Source: an uncultured Verrucomicrobiota bacterium | GTDB taxonomy: Bacteria > Verrucomicrobiota > Kiritimatiellia > CAIKKV01 > CAITUY01 | Reading direction: 5' to 3' | Assembly (NCBI GenBank): GCA_964508705.1 | Contig: CAZDUS010000002.1 | Span: 951 to 64,950 of the forward strand | Length of the DNA stretch: 64,000 bases | In this document: in pieces, positions 17,955 to 26,864 of the stretch | Position numbering within the stretch: the first letter of the stretch is position 1 | How the letters are laid out: the number at the start of each line of letters is the position of its first letter | The notes under the pieces: generated by a model | What the model was told of the DNA's origin: nothing | The model's input: only the letters and a program-made list of their open reading frames with translations | The model's database searches: none | Translations under genes and position numbers: made by a program

Positions 17955-19166
17955 TCAGGTTTTCACCATGCGGGTACGGCGGTAGCGCGCGGGGGTGATG
18001 CCGGTTAATCGCTTGAAGTGTTTGATGAAATAGCTTTGATCGTTGAATCCGGTTTCGTAGGCGATATCTGTGCAGCTTTTGCCGGTGCTTTCAACAAGAT
18101 GGCGCGCGTTTTGGAGCCGCGCGTGGATGATGATTTGCAGGACGGTTTTTCCGGTATGGGCCTTAACCAGATGAGCCAGTCGATAGGGGCTTAGTCCGAC
18201 GATGCTGGCGACTTTTGAAAGGGAGAGTGGTTTGGCGTGGTTTTGAGAGATGAAGTCGAGCGCCTTGCTGACGTGGCTGTTTGAACGGTTGAAACCATGC
18301 AGATAGATGCCTTCGATGAAGTCATTGAGGGCGTTTGTCAGGACATGGGCGAGTTCCTCGAAGTCACGGGCCCTGATGATGCGCTCCATCCACTGGTGAT
18401 TACGTTCGATCAGGGATTCCATGACGGGGCTATCCTCGACTGCGGCGCGGGTCAGGTAACCCATTAACTCGATGGCGCGAGCGCGAAGCACCACCAGTTT
18501 CGGGGAGTTAAGATACATGGCGCCCAGCATTTCGTTCAGGACGCGGCGAGCGCCGTCAGGATCGCCTGCCCGGATGTGGGAGAGCAGGATGCGCTCTTTT
18601 TCAAAGGGGTAGGCGGTTGCGTCTCCGCCGCGTTTACGGTTATCGATGGCTTCCGCGATTTGCTGTTGCTGGCGTGTTCTAAGCCGGTTTTCATCCATCT
18701 GCAGGGGTTTCCATCCGCTGATCTGGTAGAAGGTTTCCCTCATTCGTCTGGCGGCGGAGCGCATTTGTGATGGGGAGAAAAGCAATCGGGATGACAGGTA
18801 TTCGAGTGCGTCTGGTTTTGACAGACCAAGGTTCATCAACTCCTGGGTATATTGATCGGATGAGCGCTCGGAATCGGTGGAGAGGACTTCGCCTCCAATC
18901 ATGGCGCCGTGAATGATGCGGTTGTTTTCCAGTGCGATAAGCCAGCTGGCGAGGCCGGGGGTGAGTTCAAAGAAGTACGGCTCGCCGAGCATGATGCTTT
19001 CGTGAAGGGCGTAATTCCTGATGCGGCGAATTTTTTGAAGAGCGGAGAGGGGGTCTTCAGCAGCGGTTGTGGTTCCGTCCAGAGCCATGAAGAGAGGGCG
19101 GAGCCCGGTTGTCTTGGTTAAGTCCCTGCTGATTTCCGTTAGCGCCCGCTGTGACAAGATAAGCAT
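17955..19166 (-). CDS. AraC-family regulator with PocR-like sensor domain
   Basis: C-terminal double HTH (LSLSKVA..VGLSPYRLAHL; IAYETGFNDQSYFIKHFKRLTGITPARYR). N-terminal GEPYFFE...GL and middle YPFEKE segments typical of PocR-AraC proteins. Confidence 0.85.
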   Translation of the reverse strand: MLILSQRALTEISRDLTKTTGLRPLFMALDGTTTAAEDPLSALQKIRRIRNYALHESIMLGEPYFFELTPGLASWLIALENNRIIHGAMIGGEVLSTDSERSSDQYTQELMNLGLSKPDALEYLSSRLLFSPSQMRSAARRMRETFYQISGWKPLQMDENRLRTRQQQQIAEAIDNRKRGGDATAYPFEKERILLSHIRAGDPDGARRVLNEMLGAMYLNSPKLVVLRARAIELMGYLTRAAVEDSPVMESLIERNHQWMERIIRARDFEELAHVLTNALNDFIEGIYLHGFNRSNSHVSKALDFISQNHAKPLSLSKVASIVGLSPYRLAHLVKAHTGKTVLQIIIHARLQNARHLVESTGKSCTDIAYETGFNDQSYFIKHFKRLTGITPARYRRTRMVKT

Positions 19167-19350
19167 AAGTTGAATTGATGATCAGGCAAGAAGTGAGTAA
19201 TTGCCTTGAATGGTTGAATCTGTACGTTTTCGTCTATGGAAGGTTTGTTTTCGGGACAATATCTGTAAATACTGGGTCAAGTCAATCATGAGGTAAGATT
19301 CATTCATGCTGCCTCCGGCGTGAAGGGATAGCGTTTTTTACCATCAAGAC

Positions 19351-19405
19351 AGCAAGATCGTTATATTATTTAGCCAGAAGTGCCTATTTATTGAAGGGGT
19401 ATAAT
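19351..19405 (+). promoter_or_regulatory. Putative AraC direct-repeat operator and -10 box
   Basis: AGCAAGATCGTTATA (19351) and AGCCAGAAGTGCCTA (19372) start 21 bp apart. TATAAT at 19400-19405. Confidence 0.5.
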
Positions 19406-19474
19406 AGTATTTTAAATTCGTTTTTTGAGTCGAGGAACCTGAATGGTAATTAACTAAGCGAAAGGCGGAATGTG

Positions 19475-20110
19475 ATGAGTGTGGTTTTAGAGCAGATCAA
19501 AGAGAACCTGATGAAGGGCAAGGCGAACGACGTTAAGGCGCTTGTGCAACAGGCGTTGAACGAAAATATCGGGGCGGCGGACATTCTGAACAAGGGGTTG
19601 TTGGGCGGGATGGGTGTGATTGGCGAGCGTTTCCGAAAGAACGAAGTGTATGTGCCTGAAGTTTTGATTGCGGCCCGTGCGATGAAGTTCGGTATGGAGA
19701 TTTTGAAGCCGGCGTTAGCGGCGGCCAAAGTGGAGCCGCGCGGTGTGATCGTGATTGGCACGGTCAAGGGTGATTTGCATGATATCGGCAAGAATCTGGT
19801 GGGGATGATGCTTGAGGGTGCAGGATTCAAGGTGGTGGATATTGGCATCAATGTGGAAGCGGCGAAATTTGTCGAAGCGGCCAAGCAGAACAATGCCTCC
19901 GTGATCGGGGTTTCGGCCCTGTTGACGACGACCATGACCAACATGAAGGAAGTTGTGGATGTGGTGAAAGCGTCGGACCTGAACGGCAAGGTGAAGGTGA
20001 TGATTGGTGGCGCGCCGGTGACTCAGGCGTTTTGTGACGAGATTGGGGCGAACGGGTATGCGCCGGATGCGGCCTCGGCGGCAGACTTGGCGAAGACGTT
20101 AGCGAAGTAA
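19475..20110 (+). CDS. Corrinoid (B12-binding) protein, MtaC/MttC-like
   Basis: Cap domain GMGVIGERF...VYVPEVL, DxHxxG motif GDLHDIGKN, SALLTTT, GGAP. Confidence 0.92.
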   Translation: MSVVLEQIKENLMKGKANDVKALVQQALNENIGAADILNKGLLGGMGVIGERFRKNEVYVPEVLIAARAMKFGMEILKPALAAAKVEPRGVIVIGTVKGDLHDIGKNLVGMMLEGAGFKVVDIGINVEAAKFVEAAKQNNASVIGVSALLTTTMTNMKEVVDVVKASDLNGKVKVMIGGAPVTQAFCDEIGANGYAPDAASAADLAKTLAK

Positions 20111-20133
20111 CGTTTAATTATATATGATGGTTG

Positions 20134-20167
20134 GAGACGGAGGCTGAACGCTTCCGTCTTTATTTTT
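20134..20167 (+). terminator. Rho-independent terminator after the corrinoid gene
   Basis: AGACGGAGGC-TGAAC-GCTTCCGTCT followed by TTATTTTT. Confidence 0.75.
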
Positions 20168-20179
20168 GGGAGAGACGAT

Positions 20180-20575
20180 ATGAGAGAACTTGCGAATGCC
20201 TGGTATGAGGGGTTGGTAGAACCTGCCTTGACGCCGCCGAATTGGATTTTCGGGCCGGTTTGGACGGTGCTATATATTGCCATAGCGATCTCGATTGTTC
20301 TCTATTACCGGTCACCACGGAAAGCGCATGTTGGGTTGACGTCGCTGGTGTTGAGTGTGCATCTGGCGGCCAATTTCATCTGGACGTATTTGTTCTTCGG
20401 TCTTCATTGTCCCGGGGGGGCGCTGGTGGACATTATTGTGTTGGATCTCACACTCGTGTTGCTGATGGGGTGGTTTATGAAAGCGAATCGGGTGGCGGGT
20501 TTACTCCTGGTGCCTTATTTGATATGGGTGCTATTCGCGACGTATTTAAATGGTGGGTTCTACTGGCTTAATTAG
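20180..20575 (+). CDS. TspO/MBR family protein (short form)
   Basis: WY..L..P.LTPPNWIFGPVWTVLY, NFIWTYLFFG, LLVPYLIWVLFATYLN. Confidence 0.88.
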   Translation: MRELANAWYEGLVEPALTPPNWIFGPVWTVLYIAIAISIVLYYRSPRKAHVGLTSLVLSVHLAANFIWTYLFFGLHCPGGALVDIIVLDLTLVLLMGWFMKANRVAGLLLVPYLIWVLFATYLNGGFYWLN

Positions 20576-20586
20576 GGAAGGACTGG

Positions 20587-21495
20587 GTGGATGCAATGGC
20601 GCGTGTATTGAGGAATGATTTTTCGGGGAACTGGTACAAAGGGAACACCCATTTGCACAGCACGGCATCGGATGGAGGTTTGGGATTCAAGGCGATGGCC
20701 GACATGTACAAGGCGGCAGGGTATGACTTCCTTTTCAGGACGGATCATTGGGTGATGTCCGATGTGAGCAAGGATAAGGAGAGTTATCCGTTGCTATGGA
20801 TGGATGGCGTTGAGATACATGGGACAGATCGGTCTGGCGCGTTTTATCACGTGGTGTGTCTGGGCAGGATAGAGGGGGTAACTCAGGAAAGCGGGTTTGA
20901 CGAGGCGATGGAGGCGGCCAAGCGGCAGGGGGTGATTACGATTCTCGCGCACCCGCACTGGTGTGGGAACTCGTTGGAGGATGCGGGTAGGTGGCCGTTT
21001 GACGGGGTGGAGATTTATAATCATGTTTGTCACTGGCTGAATGGCAAAGGGCAAGGGATGGTACACTGGGATGCGATGTTGCAGGGCAATCCCCGGGTGC
21101 TTGGATTTGCGGCCGACGACGCTCATTTGAAGCCTACGCATCCGGGTTGGAATGGGGGATGGATCATGGTGAACGCGCCGGAGTGTTCACGGGCGGCCAT
21201 ATTAAACGCCATTCGTTGCGGGAATTATTATTCAAGTTGCGGCCCGGAGATTCATTCGGTGAAGTTTGACGGCACGCACCTGCATGTGGAGACGTCGCCG
21301 GTGTATTTCATGCGTGTTGTTGGACCGAAGGCCAATGGCAAGAGGACTGGTTTTTTTGACGGCAAACTGCTGACGCAAGCGAGTTTCGAGGTCCCGGAGA
21401 ATTGGGGATATGTTTACCTGGAAGTTGAAGACCAGCAAGGTCGTCGTGCCTGGACGAATCATTTGTTTGATCTTGCTCAAGATATGATCCAGTAG
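20587..21495 (+). CDS. PHP-fold metallohydrolase (CehA/McbA-like)
   Basis: WYKGNTHLHSTASDG, TDH, GVE, AHPHW, VEIYN, DDAH. Confidence 0.8.
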   Translation: MDAMARVLRNDFSGNWYKGNTHLHSTASDGGLGFKAMADMYKAAGYDFLFRTDHWVMSDVSKDKESYPLLWMDGVEIHGTDRSGAFYHVVCLGRIEGVTQESGFDEAMEAAKRQGVITILAHPHWCGNSLEDAGRWPFDGVEIYNHVCHWLNGKGQGMVHWDAMLQGNPRVLGFAADDAHLKPTHPGWNGGWIMVNAPECSRAAILNAIRCGNYYSSCGPEIHSVKFDGTHLHVETSPVYFMRVVGPKANGKRTGFFDGKLLTQASFEVPENWGYVYLEVEDQQGRRAWTNHLFDLAQDMIQ

Positions 21496-21577
21496 ATTTG
21501 CGACAATTCCTTGCTGGTGACGCCATCTATCCTATGTGTGACGTTCAGAGCGGGGACAAGAAAGGATTAGACAGACC

Positions 21578-21808
21578 GTGAATAAACATATGGATAGGGG
21601 CTCATTTTCAGTGGCGATCATTACGTTGATATTGTTCGTGGCGGCTCTTTTCTTCAAAGGGATAACCCATGATCTATTCCTGGAGGCAGGGGTTCTGTTA
21701 GTGTCCGTCAAAATCATCATTATGGCTTATAGGAACAGCATCGCGGTTGGCCATTTGGACAAGAAGATCGATAAGATCCTGGAGAAACTCGAGAAAGAAA
21801 AGTCTTGA
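21578..21808 (+). CDS. Small two-TM hypothetical protein
   Basis: Two hydrophobic helices and a short coiled-coil tail. Confidence 0.65.
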   Translation: MNKHMDRGSFSVAIITLILFVAALFFKGITHDLFLEAGVLLVSVKIIIMAYRNSIAVGHLDKKIDKILEKLEKEKS

Positions 21809-21864
21809 TGATGCAGAAGAAGCAGGGGAAATGCCGTTGTTTTGCTTTTACTCGCGTCCGGCAA

Positions 21865-22218
21865 TCAATGTTGTCGGGTGCGGTGGATGGCTAGGAGTAG
21901 CCAGGCGTATTGGATGGCGAAACAGAGGCCTATGGCCGCGCCGCCCAGCAAATGGCTCTGCGGGACCACAGAGTTAATCAGTGGATGAAGGAAGAAGAGG
22001 TTCATCCAGAGGCTCGTGGTGATGGATTCGGGGGCCCCGGCGTATTTCAATAGACTGGGGAGTGAGGCCGCAATTCCGCAGGACCAGGAGGTCAATAACC
22101 ACGTTTTGGTAGCTGCTGCCAAGCTAGACCGGGATTGCCATGCCTTGCGGAGCTGCGGCGCGATCAACACCATGCCGGTAGCGGCACCGATTGCGAAGTG
22201 GAGCGGGGTGGAGGCCAT
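21865..22218 (-). CDS. Small membrane protein, paralog B
   Basis: Starts MASTPLHFAIGA at a TGATG overlap. Motifs ASLPSL and NLFFLHPLIN. Confidence 0.7.
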   Translation of the reverse strand: MASTPLHFAIGAATGMVLIAPQLRKAWQSRSSLAAATKTWLLTSWSCGIAASLPSLLKYAGAPESITTSLWMNLFFLHPLINSVVPQSHLLGGAAIGLCFAIQYAWLLLAIHRTRQH

Positions 22219-22559
22219 CAGGTTTGCTCCCTTCTGGCGAGTTCGCGCCAAGCCATCAGCAATAGACCGGCGGCCATGATTAGCAATCCAACGGCGTGCC
22301 ATGAGGAGTCGACTTCGATCCGGTCAATGGAGTAGTGCCAGAAGAAAATATCCATGCGGGGGTCCTGCGCCCAGCGGAGGTAGAACTCGTGGTGACCGAG
22401 TAACCGGGGCAGGTCAGGGATCTCGGCCCAGAATGAGCCCATCAGCATGGCAATGGGTGTGAGCATCAGGAATGGCAGGCCGGCGCGACGTCCTCGAAAG
22501 ACGTAGATAAGCATGGCGAACGTGAAGGGAATGAACGCTCCGAGGAGGACCTGGTTCAT
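22218..22559 (-). CDS. Small membrane protein, paralog A (YdjM-like PDL motif)
   Basis: Starts MNQVLL just after the upstream stop. Motifs AEIPDL and DIFFWHYSID. Confidence 0.7.
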   Translation of the reverse strand: MNQVLLGAFIPFTFAMLIYVFRGRRAGLPFLMLTPIAMLMGSFWAEIPDLPRLLGHHEFYLRWAQDPRMDIFFWHYSIDRIEVDSSWHAVGLLIMAAGLLLMAWRELARREQT

Positions 22560-22560
22560 G

Positions 22561-24333
22561 TCAGCGATCCCTCCGGTAGGGTGGAGGGGTGAGCCATGAG
22601 CGGAGTGATTGGGCACGGGCGAAGGCATCGTCGGCGGCATCATATTGCTTCAAGGCCAGACGAGTTTGGCCGATGTCGTACCAGAGCCGGTAGTTGTTGG
22701 GGTCGCACTGTCCGGCTCGGGTCATAAGGATTTCTCCAAAGACGCAGAGGTCAAGGCGGTTCGAGTGGATACCCTGATCGCAGGCGGCGCGGCCAGACAT
22801 ATACCAGGCGTGCCAGGAGGTGGGGGCCCAGACAATGGCTTGTCGCAATTCGGGGAGGGTGGATTCACCGAGCAAGTCGTAGGAGTCGAGACGTTGGAGC
22901 GAGGAGAGGGGCCCCATGGCAAGGACGGCGGCGCTGGCGACTCCGACGACGGCGGGGGCCAGGCGGAAGAGGCGTCGTCGTGACGATTCGCGACTGGCGG
23001 GCGCATGAAGGATTAGTCCGATGAGTGAGGACAGGACAATGGCGTAGAGTGGCAGGCGGACTGGGAAATCGAAGGCGCAGTGGACGGCGGCGGTGAGGAC
23101 GGCTCCGATGACGGCGATACGGAGCGTGCGAGAATCGGGATCGGAAGAGCGGTTAACGCGGCGGAGGGCGGCAATGGTGAGCCCGCCAGCGAGCAGAAGT
23201 CCGACAAGGCCACCCTCGGCGAGGAACTGAACGTATTCATTTTCCGCGTTGACGAGCCATTTGCCGGAGGTGGTGCGGTGGAGGGGGTAGGCCATGCGGA
23301 GTCCGTTGGCTCCTGTGCCGATGACGGGGTAGTGGATGGCGGTTCGCAAGCTCTCTCGCCATTCGGCGAGGCGGGCCTGAACGCTGGGGCTTTGCCGTGG
23401 ATTACGGAACTCGGCCAGGCGCTCCTGAAGTGGCGGGGTATTGATGTACACCGCGCCAGCCACGATGGCGGCGACGACCACGCAGAGTAGGCCGGCAGTG
23501 AGGCTGCGGCGGAAAATGATCCATGCGGCGGTCAACCCGCTTCCGACAAGGAAGGCCACCATGGAGCCACGAGAAAGGGACATGATCAGGGTAAACATCA
23601 TGGTGGCAGTTAGGAGGGCCATGAGGATGCCGGAGAGCCATTTCCGGCGGCGGAAGGAGTCATCGGTCAGTGCGATGGCTACGGGACAGAGCATGGCGAC
23701 GAAGCCGCCGAAATGGTTGCGGTTAATGAAGCATCCGACGGGGCCGTGTTCGGTTGCGGGGACAGGGAGGGTCCACCAGAGGGTATCGCCCTGAGGGATT
23801 ACCCATTGGCTGAGGTAGCCCCCGATGGCGATGATGCCGCCGACCCAGGCGAGAAAGACGAGGTGAGCCTTTTTCCATTGTGTGGGAAGAGCGGCGGCGC
23901 AAAGGGTGATTCCGAAGGCCGCGCCAATAAGGAGAACCATACGCAGGGTTCCTGCCCGGTTGCGGCTGAGGGAGTACCATGGATTGCCGACATCGAAGAA
24001 TCCGAACAAGGAAGCTTCCTTGAGAAGGATTGTGGCGGCGTGGTTTTGTGCTGAGCGGAGTCCGCCGATGAGAGGGTCGAGAAGGGGTGGGAGGGGAAGA
24101 GCGGTGAGGAGGAGGAAGCATAGGATGGAGGCCATGATGAGTTCGAGGGAGGGGGAGAGGGGAGGGCGTTGGCAATCGACGCCCCTACTGGTTTCGGTGA
24201 TGCGGGTGATGGCGTAGGCCAGGAATGAGGTGGTGGTTATGATGCAGACGGTGGCCGGGAAGATGCCGCCACCCAGAAGTGTGAGTAGCAGGATTGAGGA
24301 TTGGAGGATACAGAATAGAAGCGCTTCACTCAT
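22561..24333 (-). CDS. O-antigen ligase / O-oligosaccharyltransferase family protein with C-terminal TPR
   Basis: GCFINRNHFGG, SLSRG, R...W....YPVIGTG, NAENEYVQFLAEGG, HCAFDF, TPR-like tail. Confidence 0.85.
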   Translation of the reverse strand: MSEALLFCILQSSILLLTLLGGGIFPATVCIITTTSFLAYAITRITETSRGVDCQRPPLSPSLELIMASILCFLLLTALPLPPLLDPLIGGLRSAQNHAATILLKEASLFGFFDVGNPWYSLSRNRAGTLRMVLLIGAAFGITLCAAALPTQWKKAHLVFLAWVGGIIAIGGYLSQWVIPQGDTLWWTLPVPATEHGPVGCFINRNHFGGFVAMLCPVAIALTDDSFRRRKWLSGILMALLTATMMFTLIMSLSRGSMVAFLVGSGLTAAWIIFRRSLTAGLLCVVVAAIVAGAVYINTPPLQERLAEFRNPRQSPSVQARLAEWRESLRTAIHYPVIGTGANGLRMAYPLHRTTSGKWLVNAENEYVQFLAEGGLVGLLLAGGLTIAALRRVNRSSDPDSRTLRIAVIGAVLTAAVHCAFDFPVRLPLYAIVLSSLIGLILHAPASRESSRRRLFRLAPAVVGVASAAVLAMGPLSSLQRLDSYDLLGESTLPELRQAIVWAPTSWHAWYMSGRAACDQGIHSNRLDLCVFGEILMTRAGQCDPNNYRLWYDIGQTRLALKQYDAADDAFARAQSLRSWLTPPPYRRDR

Positions 24334-25993
24334 AAATAGTTACCGTGCCCGATGTGAACAGATGTTTAGCGTCTGGCGGACGGACTCCTTTGCCATCGAT
24401 GGTGACGTAATATACCTTATTTCCGCTGCCATACCAGTCTGTTGAGGCGTCGGAAAGCTGAAGGCACTTGCGTAGATAATGGGTGAGAGTTCGGGAGTCA
24501 ACGTGCAGGTTGCCGGTCAGGGGTAGCGGTTTTTGAATTTGGAGAGTTGCATGGGGTGATGCGGTCGCGGTGAAGCGGGGACAACCGGAAAGGTAGGCTT
24601 GCATGCGGGTGCGGGTCAGACCCGGCGCTTCAAGGCGGTAGGGGCCGAGGGGGTCATGCTTTTCGAGGAAGCGGGCGGCGCGGACGACGTCACGGGAAGG
24701 GGAGTCGGCGGTCTGGTGAATGATGATAACGAGAGCGACGAGGAGGGTGAGGGCGACGGTGGTGCGGGGGAGGAGGGGGTGTTTCCCTAGGGGGGGGAGG
24801 GGGTATGTGGCTGAGATGCCGATTGCGGCAAGGCCGGAGATAAAGAGTGATGCGATCATCGAGCCGTACATATCGCTGGTAAAGACGAGCGGGAGGGTGG
24901 CAAGTGCGGTGAACTTCACGGTGAAGGTGGCGGCAGGGTTGTTGTCGTTTTGGGGTGCCAGCAGGATTCCGGCGAGTGAGAGCGGGGCGAGGAAGGCCAA
25001 GCGTGTGGTGATACGGAGTAAAAACTGGGTCAGGGAATGATCGGCCAGCAGAAAACCGGTAGCAAGGGTAAGGAGCAGGAGACATGAGAAGAGAATAACC
25101 TGCGCCCGATGTCTGTTTTTGATGAAGGGGATTTTATAAATGACGGAGCTGAGCAGGAATAAGAGAGGGATGACTATGATGGCGGCGAGTCCGGTTTTGT
25201 GGGAGAGAGCCAGCAGTGTGGCTGTGGAAAGGATGGCGAAGATGCCGAGCCAACGGCGAGCTTTCATCAAGGCGAGTATGAAGACGGGGAGCAGGGCCAT
25301 GAAGAGGCCGCGGCCAGTAGCCCAGTAGTTGTAGCGGAGAAAGACGGGTGAGAGTACGTAGAGAAAGGTGAGCCAAAGAGCGGGTGTTGTACTGGCGGGG
25401 AACAGATGGCGACCCAGCGCGAAGGAGGAGGCGATTGCCATGAGGCCGCAGAGGATGGAGAGGATGTAGAAGCTCCAATCAACTCCAAACCCGCTGATGG
25501 TGGAAATGGTAGCCAGTAGCAGGGGTTGGGCGCTTGGGTAGGAACGCGGTGTGAATCCGAAAAGGGAAGAGGGGTGTATGAGCCAGGGGATTGAACCTTC
25601 GACTTGAACGGCGCTTGCAAGATCCTGCCATTTGTAGGTGTCGATGCCGGCGATGTGGGTGAAGGGGATAACGAGGATGGCGAACAATAGGAACATGGAG
25701 GTGAAGAAGGCGGGAGGGTAGTGTGAGGGGGAGGCGAATGGGATTGCGCGCCACCTTGTAATCAGGAACAGGGCGAGCGCTGTGGTTATGTGCGCGATGG
25801 CGAGAGAAGCGGGTTTAATGGGGGTATGGGTGCAATGAAGAAAAGCCATGATGCCTGTGGAGAGTGCGATCAGGCAGGGGCCAGCGGCGGCGAGTGTGGT
25901 GGTGAAATCCGCGCGAAGGAGAAGATTGCGAGACAGTAGCCAAGGGCCGATCAGCAAGGCAATTGGTAATGTCAGGCTGATGATGAACAACAT
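24326..25993 (-). CDS. GT-C-fold-like multi-TM glycosyltransferase candidate
   Basis: More than 10 TM segments, acidic residue in the first large loop (GIDTYKW), SYPSAQP motif, soluble C-terminal domain. Confidence 0.55.
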   Translation of the reverse strand: MLFIISLTLPIALLIGPWLLSRNLLLRADFTTTLAAAGPCLIALSTGIMAFLHCTHTPIKPASLAIAHITTALALFLITRWRAIPFASPSHYPPAFFTSMFLLFAILVIPFTHIAGIDTYKWQDLASAVQVEGSIPWLIHPSSLFGFTPRSYPSAQPLLLATISTISGFGVDWSFYILSILCGLMAIASSFALGRHLFPASTTPALWLTFLYVLSPVFLRYNYWATGRGLFMALLPVFILALMKARRWLGIFAILSTATLLALSHKTGLAAIIVIPLLFLLSSVIYKIPFIKNRHRAQVILFSCLLLLTLATGFLLADHSLTQFLLRITTRLAFLAPLSLAGILLAPQNDNNPAATFTVKFTALATLPLVFTSDMYGSMIASLFISGLAAIGISATYPLPPLGKHPLLPRTTVALTLLVALVIIIHQTADSPSRDVVRAARFLEKHDPLGPYRLEAPGLTRTRMQAYLSGCPRFTATASPHATLQIQKPLPLTGNLHVDSRTLTHYLRKCLQLSDASTDWYGSGNKVYYVTIDGKGVRPPDAKHLFTSGTVTIYE

Positions 25994-26008
25994 GGATGGA
26001 CTCGCGGT

Positions 26009-26653
26009 TTATAGACCGGCGTTGCTTTCCACTGGTGGTTTTCCTGGTGGTTTTCCTGGAGGTTGTCCCGGAGGATTGCCGGGGACCCTGTAAATGTTGT
26101 TACGCATATATGACATGGAATCTCCGGCTCCAAAACCACCATCTATTCTGTCAATGGGCGCCGCTTCCACTTCTCGCTGTCTGACCAGAACCAGAGGGAA
26201 CTCAGCCACAGGGGCGTCGAAAGGAACGACTTGAAAAGGAAAGTCAGTGGTTCTTACTCGAGGAGTATGAGGAACGCGCTTCAGGGAATCGTCGGCAGAA
26301 TCCTTGTCCCTGGATAGTATCGATGTCATTTCTGGTTTTGAATTTGGGGCTATGGGGTTCGCGCCGGAAGGGTCGTCCTTTGAGTATGGCATTGTGGCGT
26401 CCGTAAACTTAGCGGTGAGCGATGGCTGACGGGGAGGGTCGATTTTGGAGGAGGATAAATCGTGGTTCATGTAAGCAGAGAGGTCAAAAGCCTTTGAGTC
26501 GCTCTTCGCTGAGCTACGGTTTGAAAAATGAGCCGCGACAAGGGCTGTGACGACCGACGTAGGCACGATGGCCAGCCACAACAATATTCGTGAGCGTTCC
26601 CTTTTCACCGCAAGACTTCCCGTTTGTGATATTGCCGGATTCGCCAGAGTCAA
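26009..26653 (-). CDS. Membrane-anchored low-complexity protein with a PPG repeat tail
   Basis: N-terminal hydrophobic helix, S/P/D/K-rich body, ends PGNPPGQPPGKPPGKPPVESNAGL. Start is TTG 26653 or GTG 26608. Confidence 0.65.
   Translation of the reverse strand: MTLANPAISQTGSLAVKRERSRILLWLAIVPTSVVTALVAAHFSNRSSAKSDSKAFDLSAYMNHDLSSSKIDPPRQPSLTAKFTDATMPYSKDDPSGANPIAPNSKPEMTSILSRDKDSADDSLKRVPHTPRVRTTDFPFQVVPFDAPVAEFPLVLVRQREVEAAPIDRIDGGFGAGDSMSYMRNNIYRVPGNPPGQPPGKPPGKPPVESNAGL
26032..26079 (-). repeat. 12-bp coding tandem repeat (4 units)
   Basis: Plus strand CTGGTGGTTTTC x2, CTGGAGGTTGTC, CCGGAGGATTGC. Confidence 0.75.
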
Positions 26654-26676
26654 ATTTAAGCCGAACCCATTGCTAA

Positions 26677-26705
26677 ATTATTGATCGGGGCTGTATTGGT
26701 GTCAA
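26677..26705 (-). promoter_or_regulatory. Sigma70 promoter of the five-gene minus-strand operon
   Basis: Minus strand TTGACA-N17-AATAAT. Confidence 0.6.
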
Positions 26706-26864
26706 TGGCTGAATCGCGGTGATGGTGCATGTCATGTCAGTGAAGTGCTGCTTACAGGGCTCCTTTGTTTTGTATTTCAGGATTTATGGCTTTTCTGTAG
26801 TGTGTCGCACATTGCTGATTTGGACGTTTGTAACCCGGTAATCATGTCTTTCGAGGGGTGCGCC

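Noticed and set aside
19167-19474. Cobalamin riboswitch before the corrinoid gene
   Set aside because: AT-rich region with no B12-box or AGGGAA...GGTG core.
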